A DNA stretch of 63,862 nt, the filler included, from Octopus bimaculoides (taxonomy: Eukaryota), in the NCBI RefSeq assembly GCF_001194135.2. It is 6 parts of 5 records of this genome, joined end to end, with 100 filler letters (N's around TTAATTAATTAA, not from the genome) between each part and the next. Parts side by side here need not be neighbours in the genome. Positions count along the whole stretch, not along the records: positions 1 to 23,741 come from NC_068989.1; 5 more parts are not named here. The stretch is one strand, 5' to 3'. Made by a program: the position numbers and the translations under genes. Position 1 is the first letter of the stretch, and each line of letters opens with the position of its first letter. The notes under the pieces are model-generated. The model saw nothing but the letters and a program-made list of their open reading frames with translations. It made no database searches and was not told the DNA's origin. Of the stretch, positions 1 to 11,048 are shown piece by piece.

Positions 1-293
1 GCTGAGCACTCCACAGACACGTGTACCCTTAACGTAGTTCTCGAGGATATTCAGCGTGACACAGTATGACAAGGCTGACCCTTCGAATTACAGGCACAAC
101 AGAAACAGGAAGTAAGAGTGAGAGAAAGTTGTGGTGAAAGAGTACAGCAGGGTTCGCCACCATCCCCTGCCGGAGCCTCGTGGAGCTTTACGTGTTTTCG
201 CTCAATAAACACTCACAACACCCGGTCTGGGAATCGAAACCGCGATCCTATGACCGCGAGTCCGCTGCCCTAACCACTGGGCCATTGCGCCTC
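1..293 (-). mobile_element. tRNA-derived SINE, family A (tRNA-Arg-like head, (CAA)n tail); 3' part outside window
   Basis: Reverse complement begins GAGGCGCAATGGCCCAGTGGTTAGGGCAGCGGACTCGCGG...GGTTTCGATTCCCAG (Pol III A and B boxes); near-identical copies at 7795, 19198 and 37676. Confidence 0.9.
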
Positions 294-580
294 TACTCTC
301 TGAATCTAATGCATAATCAACATGAATCAGATCATATGGGAATGTTACCTTGTTATTGGTAGCTCTGCTCAACCAGGACTGACCTATGATCAAAAATATT
401 CACACTATGACTGTTTTCTCCAGGGCTACATCATTTATCTGTTATTTTTTTAAGATGATAAGGTATGGTTTGAGGGACAGTTGGTTGCTAATTCTAGCAG
501 ACCAAGTAACTATGTAGAGTCTCCCTTATTTCATTTACTTTGCTCAGAATGTTATCCTTTAGGTTTCTATCATCATTTAG

Positions 581-634
581 GTTTACCAAGAAAGACAGAA
601 ATGTGTTAAAGAATGGAAAAAGAGAAAACGAATG
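581..634 (+). CDS. PSMC3IP: HOP2/PSMC3IP internal exon (VYQERQKCVKEWKKRKRM)
   Basis: tttag|GTT...ATG|gtaact; 54 nt, phase 0-0; peptide matches the HOP2 C-terminal region (human VYRERQKYCKEWRKRKRM, from memory). Confidence 0.93.
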
Positions 635-676
635 GTAACTTTCTTTTTTCTTTTTCTTTTTTTTTTATTCTTGTGT

Positions 677-774
677 CTCTGATCACGAATAAATTGTGCT
701 TTATATATATCAATATATACATATATATATATATATATATAAAGCACGATTTAACGATTTATTCGTGATCAGAG
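677..774. repeat. Palindromic mini-element with (TA)n centre
   Basis: CTCTGATCACGAATAAATTGTGCTTTATATA ... TATATAAAGCACGATTT(aacgattt)ATTCGTGATCAGAG. Confidence 0.85.
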
Positions 775-807
775 TTGTTCAAAAACCGAGGTACTAATGT
801 AGGCGGA

Positions 808-1239
808 GACGGACTATATGTAATCTGAACCTTCCCCCCCCATATTTATTAATTTTTTTTTACCGAATCCCACGTTTTAGGCTATGNNNNNNNNNNNNNN
901 NNNNNNNNNNNNNNNNNNNNNNNNNNNNNNNNNNNNNNNNNNNNNNNNNNNNNNNNNNNNNNNNNNNNNNNNNNNNNNNNNNNNNNNNNNNNNNNNNNNN
1001 NNNNNNNNNNNNNNNNNNNNNNNNNNNNNNNNNNNNNNNNNNNNNNNNNNNNNNNNNNNNNNNNNNNNNNNNNNNNNNNNNNNNNNNNNNNNNNNNNNNN
1101 NNNNNNNNNNNNNNNNNNNNNNNNNNNNNNNNNNNNNNNNNNNNNNNNNNNNNATCGGAATCTCCATAGCCTAAAACGTGGGATTCCGTAAAAAAAATAA
1201 AAAATATGGGGAGAAGGTTCAGATTACATATAGTCCATC
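808..1239. mobile_element. Foldback/MITE-like element with ~75-bp terminal inverted repeats; centre in assembly gap
   Basis: 808-886 (GGACTATATGTAATCTGAACCTTC...CCCACGTTTTAGGCTATG) is the reverse complement of 1165-1239. Confidence 0.75.
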
Positions 1240-2031
1240 TGGACCCTTATGTATATGGTGGTGCACCAGCATGACCGCAGCCACTTGGCTGAAACACATA
1301 AATAAATACATGTACATACAAACACATACATGATTTTTCCTTCTAAGAAAGTTATGTACAAATATTTGTGCATTTGTAATTGTATGTACTTCTATTAATG
1401 TACTTCTATTAATGTACTCAGATTTAAGTTCAAGTATGGGCTTGATTTTCCCTTTATTAGATGAGAAATAAAAGTTGCAGTTATATACATTAACTTACAC
1501 TCCAGCTTCTATACACAATATAATGCAACTTTTATTGTTGTTATATGCCTAAACTCCGTGCTGTGTTCCACTCTTGTATATGAATAGTTGCAAAATCATT
1601 GCTATTCTATAAATTGTGCAAATTCATCTGGCCTGTGTTCGCTGCATTCATGACCAAAGCATTCACTTTAGTGTCATATTTGCAATGCTCTCAGCAGCTT
1701 ATTCATAATTGCAAGTATACAGAGACATGCACAATCATTGATAAACATTTAAACTCATGTGCACACACACACACACACTCGTATATATTTACACACAAAA
1801 TACTAACTAGGAGCATAACTTCAATAATCAATTATTTAAACAATATTATTGAGAAAAAAATATATTATTGGAAGTTTTGTGTCTCCACATCCAATATAAA
1901 ACAACTTAGTACTTGTGTGTATGGATGCACATGTGTGTGGATGCGCACGTGTGTGTGAAACTGTTTTTTGCTTTTTACCAGAACATTTCCATCAAAGAAA
2001 ATCGACCAATGTATTTCTTTCTTTATTGAAG

Positions 2032-2091
2032 GCCAATGATATTTTAAATGCCATCCTAGAAGGTTACCCCAAAACCAAGAAACATTTATAT
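2032..2091 (+). CDS. PSMC3IP: HOP2/PSMC3IP penultimate exon (ANDILNAILEGYPKTKKHLY)
   Basis: ttgaag|GCC...TAT|gtgagt; 60 nt, phase 0-0; conserved AILEGYPK-x-KK motif. Confidence 0.93.
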
Positions 2092-2358
2092 GTGAGTATT
2101 GATTACTCTCTTAAGATTTTAATCTTTTGATATAGTGATGCACTTAGAACTGATTGCGGTATTCAGAGCTAAAAAGATATATCATCATTTTCTCCTTTTC
2201 ATTTTCTTATATATATATATATTGTCATCGTCGTTTAACATCCGCCTTCCATGCTTGTAATGTTCTTCAACTGTCCATCTTTTATCCTTATTCCATTGGT
2301 GTTATTTTACTTATCAATGTATTAATGTATATATTATTTTACACACAAATATATATAT

Positions 2359-2522
2359 ACGACAGGCTTCTTTCAGTTTCCGTCTACCAAATCCTCTCAC
2401 AAGGCTTTGGTCGGCCCGAGGCTATAGTAGAAGACATTTGCCCAAGATGCCACGCAGTGGGACTGAACCCGGAACCATGTGGTTGGTAAGCAAGCTACTT
2501 ACCACACAACTGCTCCTGCGCC
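2359..2522 (-). mobile_element. tRNA-headed SINE family B, 5' half ending in (TA)n
   Basis: Reverse complement GCAGGAGCAGTTGTGTGGTAAGTAGCTTGCTTACCAACCACATGGTTCCGGGTTCAGTCCCACTGCGTGG...GGAAACTGAAAGAAGCCTGTCG; many copies in window. Confidence 0.85.
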
Positions 2523-2629
2523 TCTGATCATAAATTTTCAGCAAGATTGATCTGAATTAAGCAACTTTTACACAATTACACTACAATAACACCATTATTT
2601 ATTTCAATTTATTTTTCTTCTGTTTGCAG

Positions 2630-2686
2630 GAAGAAATTGGTGTTGAAACTGATGAAGACTGTGGTGTGACTATTCCAAATATTTAA
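2630..2686 (+). CDS. PSMC3IP: HOP2/PSMC3IP terminal coding exon (EEIGVETDEDCGVTIPNI*)
   Basis: Long pyrimidine tract + tgcag|GAA; ends TAA; matches the HOP2 C-terminus EEVGIETDED. AATAAA candidates at 3486 and 3594. Confidence 0.92.
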   Translation, partial: EEIGVETDEDCGVTIPNI

Positions 2687-3805
2687 AGTCACAAAAACCA
2701 TTGAAACCAGTCTATTTATAGCAAGACAGAATTGTTTATTTCAATTGAAATTTATTTTATGTTGAAAATAATTTATTAATTCACTTGGTAAGTTTTGTTT
2801 ATTTGGTTGTCATTTATTTCATTTTGTTTTAAAACTTGTTTGATAATGTTGATTTTCAAAGGCCATGTTATGGGAAAATGGAAATAGGATTGCTGTTAAA
2901 TCCAGGTATTTCCTGGGAGTATTTTTGTGTAGATATAAAGCAACTTGAAGGAGAGACAACCCATACTACCTGCTGTTTGTCTGTAGTCGTTACACAGTAA
3001 AAGGCTACATAATGTAGACCTCGTCCTCCAAGTCATTATTGGTAGCACTACTGTGTGGAAACATTTCTTGTTATTTAAACATCAACAGAAAGCAAAACGA
3101 GCCCACTTTTCTCAGGTAAGAGGCTCCATGTCTTGGAGACTAGATTAATGACATTCTCCAAATCAGACTTTCAAAGGAGGCTCAAACAAGATGGGAAAAG
3201 CTGGAAGTCATCAGAAAGGAATGCAGGGGACCATATGATGATGGCCTGGGGTTTACAGGAAGCTGAAGAGCTAACAATAACCACAAATGCTTACGGTATA
3301 TATGAAGTGAAAGGAGTTTTAACTAAAACTGAAACCTGTATTTATATTACTTTTTTCTCTCATCTGTAAACTGATTGAGAATTTCTTTTAAACTTACCTC
3401 TAAAATGTGTTCTTTATTATTACTACCAGTTGGTTGTGACATTTCATTTCTCACTACAATCTCTGTTACCTTTTTCCGGTATTAGAATAAACACAGAGGG
3501 CTGTTCTAAAGGCCTTAATACTATTTACTTACATGTCTGTTAGAATCCTATTCCCACTTGGGTCATTTTTGCCTTTCATCCTCCGATGTGGTTAATAAAA
3601 TAAGTACCAGCCAAATACTGGAGCTGATATGATCAACTATATTGTCTCTGAAAATTTATCATCTTGTGTTTATTTTAGAAGTCATTAAATTGATACATCT
3701 CTTTACATTTTAAGATTAAATCCCATCAACAATGTTGTTTCTTTTCATAGTTGGGGGTTGATATAATTGGTTATATACTACACTCACTCACACAAGAAAT
3801 TTGTC

Positions 3806-4126
3806 ACCTTTTGCTGGCACATGTAAAGACATTTGAGCGAGATCGTTGCCAGTGCCGCTGGACTGGCTCCTGTGCAGGTGGCGCGTAAAATACACCATTT
3901 TGAGCGTGGTCGTTGCCAGTACCACCTGACTGGCCTTTGTGCAGGTGGCACGTAAAAGCACCCACTACACTCTCGGAGTGATTGGCGTTAGGAAGGGCAT
4001 CCAGCTGTAGAAACTCTGCCAAATCAGATTGGAGCCTGGTGTAGCCACCTGGTCAACCAGTCCTCAGTCAAATCGTCCAACCCATGCTAGCACGGAAAGT
4101 GGATGTTAAACGATGATGATGATGAA
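3806..4126 (+). mobile_element. SINE-like family C (GGTTGGCGTTAGGAAGGGCATCC ... CCAACCCATGCTAGCA...(GAT)n tail)
   Basis: Shared 3' module with copies at 11545, 12555, 12839, 14445, 17645, 56500, 58045. Confidence 0.8.
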
Positions 4127-6596
4127 ATCACAGCTTCAGTGCTAAGCTCCATGAAGTAAGAGGGCTTAATCAAACCTGCTTGATTAGTTGACAAAGATTT
4201 TTGTATGTACAAAATGTATTATGAATAATTGTGTGTAGTAACAGAAAAGGTATCTGGCTGTAAAACAATGTCTCAGTAAGATATTCATCTAACCTATGCT
4301 AGAAAAGGAAAGCAAACAAATGACTATATATAAAGTACCTTTTAACACCCTAACCACTGATATGGCATGTTAGATAACAGTATAAATGTTCCCATTGTTT
4401 AAGGACTTTAAAATAAGTTAAGTTGGTGGAGGGAAGGATATCATGTTCAGAATTTGTAGAGAGACCAATATCAGTTAAATTATTGATTGGGAGGGGGGCT
4501 TCTTTTTTTTTTCAATAAATTAATTATTCATAATGGAAACCTTGTGTAAATGTTTGTCTTGTACATATTGTTGGATTCTACAACCAAAAAATTAAGTATT
4601 TATATCCTACCTTGCTTTGGTGTTGATGGAAAACTAAAATATAAAAATACACCCTTCCAAATTTCCATCCTGCTTGAAATTCACCAACAGCACACTGATC
4701 CCTTCCCCCATCCACCTTTTTTTTTCTTTAAGATATTTACTGATCAGTTCCTAACAGGACTGATGGAATTTTTATAAAACTGAACATTAATATTATCGAG
4801 AGAATAAGATTTACCTCCCTTACCAAGGAACAGCGACAGCACAAAAATATGATGTGAGTACACCAGAATACACCTGATGGGACAAACTAAACTCATCGTT
4901 TTCATTTAGTGTCAAGGGAAATCCTTCTTCAACTTACACTCATATAAGTCAAACTCAAGTATTGCAAGCTAACAGATCATCATCATCTAAGTTTTTACAT
5001 CTACTTTCTTCATGCTGGTACGAAATAGATGAGACTTCTTGAGGTATTATTCCACAGCTGCATGCCAACCCTTACTTGTTTTCCAATGAGATAATTCCAT
5101 TTGATCTTGTCCTTTGAAAGACGAATGGATGTGGGTTTACAGAGGACAGAAATGTCACTGCTGAAACAATGCAAAAACACATCGATAATCAACATTCATA
5201 TATATATATATATATACACACACACAGGTGCAGGCTGTACCACATGGTTCTAGGTTCGGTCCCACCAATGGCACATAGGGCAAGTGCCTTCTACTATAGC
5301 CCCAGGTCAATCAAAACCTTGTGAGTGAATTTGGTAGATGGAAACTGAAAAAAGCTCATTGTATGTGTTATTATTGTTTCTTTGCCTTGCCATTGTGTAG
5401 TAGATGTAAACAAATGTCACCATCATGCGAGCAGTGTCCTTTATTCCCAATCTTGTGTCTGCTTATGGAGAAATATTACCTTACTTGGAAACAGGTGAGG
5501 GTTGGCAACACAAAGAGCATCCAACCTAATCAAGCATGGAAGAATGAACATAAAAATGATGATATATGACAGGCTTTCGTAGTTTCCATCTACCAAAACC
5601 AAAAAATATCACAAAGCATGAGTTTTTAACTTCCGAAGTTTGGTCCAGGTCAGCCTTCATGAAGTAGATTTGTCATCAAAGACATTCCAGTTTCGACCAG
5701 CCAGACTTTTGTTTTTCTTTTCTTCAAGTTGTCTGCTTCCAAAACCACATTAATTCTTTGGCTGCTAATTCTAACAATCCAGTAAGTGTCTAAAACATGT
5801 GAAAGTACTGAAGTATAGTTGTCTTTGATTTTTTTTTTTTTTTAATGAACAAAGATTGATAAATGCCAAGAAAAAGTTATTAAAAAGCTACATTTAATTA
5901 TTCTTCTTCAAATAATTTTTTTTTTTAGAAATTACAAACAAATTCATTAACACATGTTTAATTTTCTGGTACTAAAATTGTTTGATAGTTCTCTGTTGTC
6001 TTTGATAAGGATAAGTACAGGTAATAAAAAAAAACACTAATTCAAAAAAAAATTTTTTTAAAAATATGAGCCTAAAACATTATTTATATAAAGTTATATA
6101 GAAAGTTGCTCTAAATAATTCCACATATTATATAATTATCATCATTTATTAGCACGTACATGCCCACACACACACATATGTGCATGCACACACACACACA
6201 CATACACATAACCAAACATGATAACAAACAACCAACCAGCCTCCACCTGTACAGAGAAGTGTTATGTGGTGAGCGTATGTTAACAATATGAAATCTGCTT
6301 TTACTCCATGCGTGTTTATACATACATACATACATGCATACATAAATATATAATATACATATGCATTATATATAATATACATATATACAGACACACACGC
6401 AAACACACACACACACACATTTAATATACATATATATACACACACATTACATATATATGTATATATATTGTATATATAAACGCATATATATAAATATATG
6501 CTAAGATAATGAGAGTTGTATGGAAATGTGAGGGTTGGCAGCAGTGTCAGCAGATCTGCTGAAACTAACTAACATTGGTCTACAGTGATAAAAACA

Positions 6597-6638
6597 TCAC
6601 AACAGTCCAAATCGTTCTGCTCGTTTCCTTTTCTTTTC
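6597..6638 (-). CDS. SARNP: SARNP terminal coding exon (EKKRKRAERFGLL*)
   Basis: tattttcaacag|GAA...TGA; matches the human-like KKRKRAERFG C-terminus; AATAAA on - strand at 6145-6150. Confidence 0.95.
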   Translation of the reverse strand, partial: EKKRKRAERFGLL

Positions 6639-9197
6639 CTGTTGAAAATAGGGAAGAAAAAAAAATTACAAACAGTTAGTAGAACGAGGGAAAAGGATAA
6701 AAAAAAGAGAGAGAAAAACATGGTAGAAATTGGATTAATCAAAGCAAAACATTGAGCCAACTTAGTCAGAACATTATTCTAGTTCTCACAGCTACAATAC
6801 AAGAGAAATCTTTAAAATCAAAAGCCAGTCTACCACAAGGAACTTCATTAACCTTTTTGCATTCAGATTACTCATTTATGATGGACTCTCAAAAACAATG
6901 TGTGAGTGTTCAGCCCTCGCCGAACAACCTGCACAAATGATTTGTTTATAGTGACCAAGTGTTTGTGCCGCACATTAGTTCACTCTCTCTCTATGAAATC
7001 AACGTTGTCTGATCAGATGCACTGTGTACCACGTGTCAGGTGTCTGATCAGGAGCACTGGGTACCACATATCAGAGCAATGTGAGATGGAGTGTTTTGCT
7101 CAAGAACACAACGCACAACCCAGTCTAGGAATTGAAATCACGATCGCTAGATTGTGAGTGCAGCACCTAACCACTAAGCCATGCACCCTCACTATATATC
7201 ACTTACTTAGCCATGTAATATTATAACTCGTAAGTTACCTCATCATTTCACATTTGTCTTGCTTCTATATGTTGGTTCCCTGATGATGGATATATGTGGA
7301 ATCCCAGCAGCTCTTACTTCTTTGGAGTAGAGTACACATATATTTTGAAACATGTGTAGGAATTAAAGGTACTTTTATTTAGATGCGTTTTGCTCCATTT
7401 ATTGTTTGTATGTATGTATATATATATATATATACATACATACAAACAATAAATGGAGCNNNNNNNNNNNNNNNNNNNNNNNNNNNNNNNNNNNNNNNNN
7501 NNNNNNNNNNNNNNNNNNNNNNNNNNNNNNNNNNNNNNNNNNNNNNNNNNNNNNNNNNNNNNNNNNNNNNNNNNNNNNNNNNNNNNNNNNNNNNNNNNNN
7601 NNNNNNNNNNNNNNNNNNNNNNNNNNNNNNNNNNNNNNNNNNNNNNNNNNNNNNNNNNNNNNNNNNNNNNNNNNNNNNNNNNNNNNNNNNNNNNNNNNNN
7701 NNNNNNNNNNNNNNNNNNNNNNNNNNNNNNNNNNNNNNNNNNNNNNNNAAAAAGTCATGCCATAGTGTTTATTGCAGTATCTTGTCTATCTTGTGGAGGC
7801 ACAATGGCCCAGTGATTAGGGCAGCGGACTCGCGGTCATAGGATCGCGGTTTCGATTGCCAGATCGGGCGTTGTGAGTGTTTATTGAGTGAAAACACCTA
7901 AAGCTCCACGAGGCTCCGGCAGGGGATGGTGGCGAACCCTGCTGTAATCTTTCACCACAACTTTCTCTCACTTTTACTTCCTATTTCTGTTGTACCTGTA
8001 ATTCAAAGGGTCAGCCTTGTCACGCTGACGGAGTGCCAACAACAATAACAACTTATCTATCTTATATTCAATTTTCAGGGGGTAGTGACTATTCATTTAC
8101 TGTTTTATTTCCACTTCTTTCATTCATTGGAATGCAGCAATGTGGGAACACTGCCTTGAAGGATTCAGTTGAACAAGGTGACCCCAGTCCTTACATTTTT
8201 TAAAGCCTGATATTTTAGTTTCTTTTGCAGATGTAAACAAACCAATACTGGTTGTTAAGCAGTGGTGGACAAAAATGCACACACTCACACACACAATGGG
8301 CTTCCAAACAATTTCTGTCTACCAGATCCAAAGACTGGTAAGGGAATGTAAAGTATGGTAGATGTCTGATGGGGGGTATTCACTTGGTTGCACATCTCTG
8401 AACAGGTTCCAGGAGGTCAATGTCTTGAGCAAGATAGGGGTTCCAGACTGGTGATGCAAATTCCAAGTGTGGCCACACCATAGCCTATACAGCATTAAAC
8501 AGATAACTGGAGAGTGGCTGACAAAGGCATTGCTGAGTGATGCCAAGACACCCTCAGCCTTCTTGACAATTTTAGAGATGTGCTTTGTCCAGTGCAAATT
8601 GCTGCTGACAGTAATGCCCAGGTCGTGTTCACAAGAAAACTTCTGTAGAGAGAGTATGTGGACACTGGGTTTTTTTCCTCCCAAAATGCATGGTGATACA
8701 CTTGTCCACAGCCAGTGATCCATTGTTGCATTGTGTCCAGGTCTGATTGCAGGAAAGATCTATAGTGTTCAGGATCTGTCCCTTTTTTATCTCAAGGTAC
8801 AGCTTGATGTCATCTCCATATTGTGGCACAGTGGCATTCTTTTTAAGTTGGCATATATATCATTAATGTATGCAACAAATAAAAGGGGACCAAGAACAGA
8901 TCCCTGCGGTGCATCAGATGACATCGCATAGGGTGAAGAATGCTGTGCTAGAACTGTAACTACCTCTTTTCAGCTGAGAATGAAGGATTCCAACCAGTTA
9001 AAAAGATCATCTTTCACACCCATTGTAGAGAGTTTTGTCATAAGTCTTTTGTGTGGCACAGAATTTTTAATTTAGCTTTAGCAAAGTCAACTTCTTGTGA
9101 ACTCAATGCAAAATTTAAAAAGTTAACAATATTTACCTCAATCTCATCTGATTTTTTGCTGCTAAGAGTTGAATCAGCAGCAGCAGTGGTGGTGGTG

Positions 9198-9233
<36 letters not shown>

Positions 9234-11002
9234 GAATTGTTAGAAGGTGTAATAGTACCACTTCCGGATGTTGGACTTGAAACAAGCTGTCCAAATCTTT
9301 CTTTCCTTTTCCGGCGTTTAACTTCATCTTCCAACTGTCAAAAAGAATGATAAAGCAATAAGTTAGTGCCATCTTATGCAATGAACAGACTTGTAGTATA
9401 AGAGTTGAAATGAAAAGGTAGGAGGGAAAAGTGTTTTTACACTCTAATCTTGTTACTGGTTGGTTCACCAAGATCAATGACAGAAATCACTTGCAATATC
9501 TCTCTATCATATTCAGATACAAATAGAGAGATTAAGATTAAAGATGGATAATCATAAGGAACAGGCAGAGAAGAAAGAAGGGGTTAAAAAATGAATGAGA
9601 CCAGACTGAAATCATCATTACTTTTCTATCTTAATCCTTCAACTTAGAGCTATGAAGACGTGACCTTATAAATCATTGAGATTTAGGAAAGTTTATCACA
9701 TGAAGGTAGAGACACAACACTCTTTTGTTTTTTGTGAATCTGTAATAACATAGTCAGAGAGTGGATTCTGTGATAATAATAAAATAAAGACAAAAACAGA
9801 GGAGATATTAAAAAAATAAATGTTCATACTCGAGATAAAGTATTGGAGACTATCGTTCCAAATCTCTCAGCCCGTTTTTTCAGTCGGTCAAGGTCATCTG
9901 CCTGTAGAAATAAATATACATTAAAACAGTAAACAAAAAGAGATTAGTTTTGATTAAAGCTAAATATTAAATATGTTCTCTTAATAAACATAACTGAGTA
10001 ATAAAACAAGAAATGAGAAGTAGTTGTATAAGCAAAACAAAACAAAAGATCTGAAAAGGAAATAAAAAAAGACACAAATACAAGCAACGAAATGGCAAAA
10101 AATAATGTTCGTATGCATGGTAAAAATGGGTGCTTACTTCTGGAAGAATAAATGCTAAGAAGAATGGCCATTTTATGCAGGAATGATGATAAAAAGATGG
10201 TGGTTTGTGGAAAATTTGTTATAAGAAAAATGTCAAGTTGGAAAATGAGAAATAATTGATAATATAGCTGGTTATCTACAAAAAGATTTTTTAAAAAGAG
10301 CTATATATGAAGGAATAATAATAAGTATGCGAACAGGTTATATGAGGAACGGACAATAAAAATTAAAAGAGTTGGCTTTTCAAAAGACAAGTGGCAAAAA
10401 CAAATTAAGATGAAAAATTGTTACACGTTTCTTATTTCTTTACTGCCCACAAGGGGCTAAACATAGAGGGGACAAAGAAGGGATTAGGTCGATTACATTG
10501 ACGACAGTGCATAATTGGTACTTAATTTATCGACCCCAAAAGGATGAAAGGCAAATACCGCTAAGCATTTAGCCCGGCGTGCTAATGTTTCCGTCAGCTT
10601 GCCACCTTTGTGGGTGAATTGGTTGAATGTTGGATATAATAGCTTTTGGGATTTAGTTAGGTTCTTTTCCATTTTGATTTCAAATTCTGCTTGGCTATAC
10701 TTTGCTTTCATCTTTCTGGGGTCAAAGAAAATGCTGGAATCCACTATATACATCCACTCCTAAGATCTTTTGTTTATGTTAGAAAACTTAATTGTTATGA
10801 ATGCTAAGCAGTAGAAATAAATTTGGTAACGATAGGTGCTGGTATGGTTGTGTGGTTAAGAAACTTGTTTTTCAACCATGTGGTCTTGAATTCAGTCCCA
10901 CTGTGTGACACCATGAATGTGTATCTTCTACTATAACTCTGGGCTGACTAAAACCTTGTGAGAGGGCTTGGTAGACAGAAACTGAAAGAAGCCTATTGTT
11001 TA

Positions 11003-11048
<46 letters not shown>

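Noticed and set aside
1-293. tRNA gene calls for SINE heads (also 7795, 19198, 38061)
   Set aside because: The tRNA-like heads run into conserved SINE bodies and lack a complete acceptor stem or Pol III terminator
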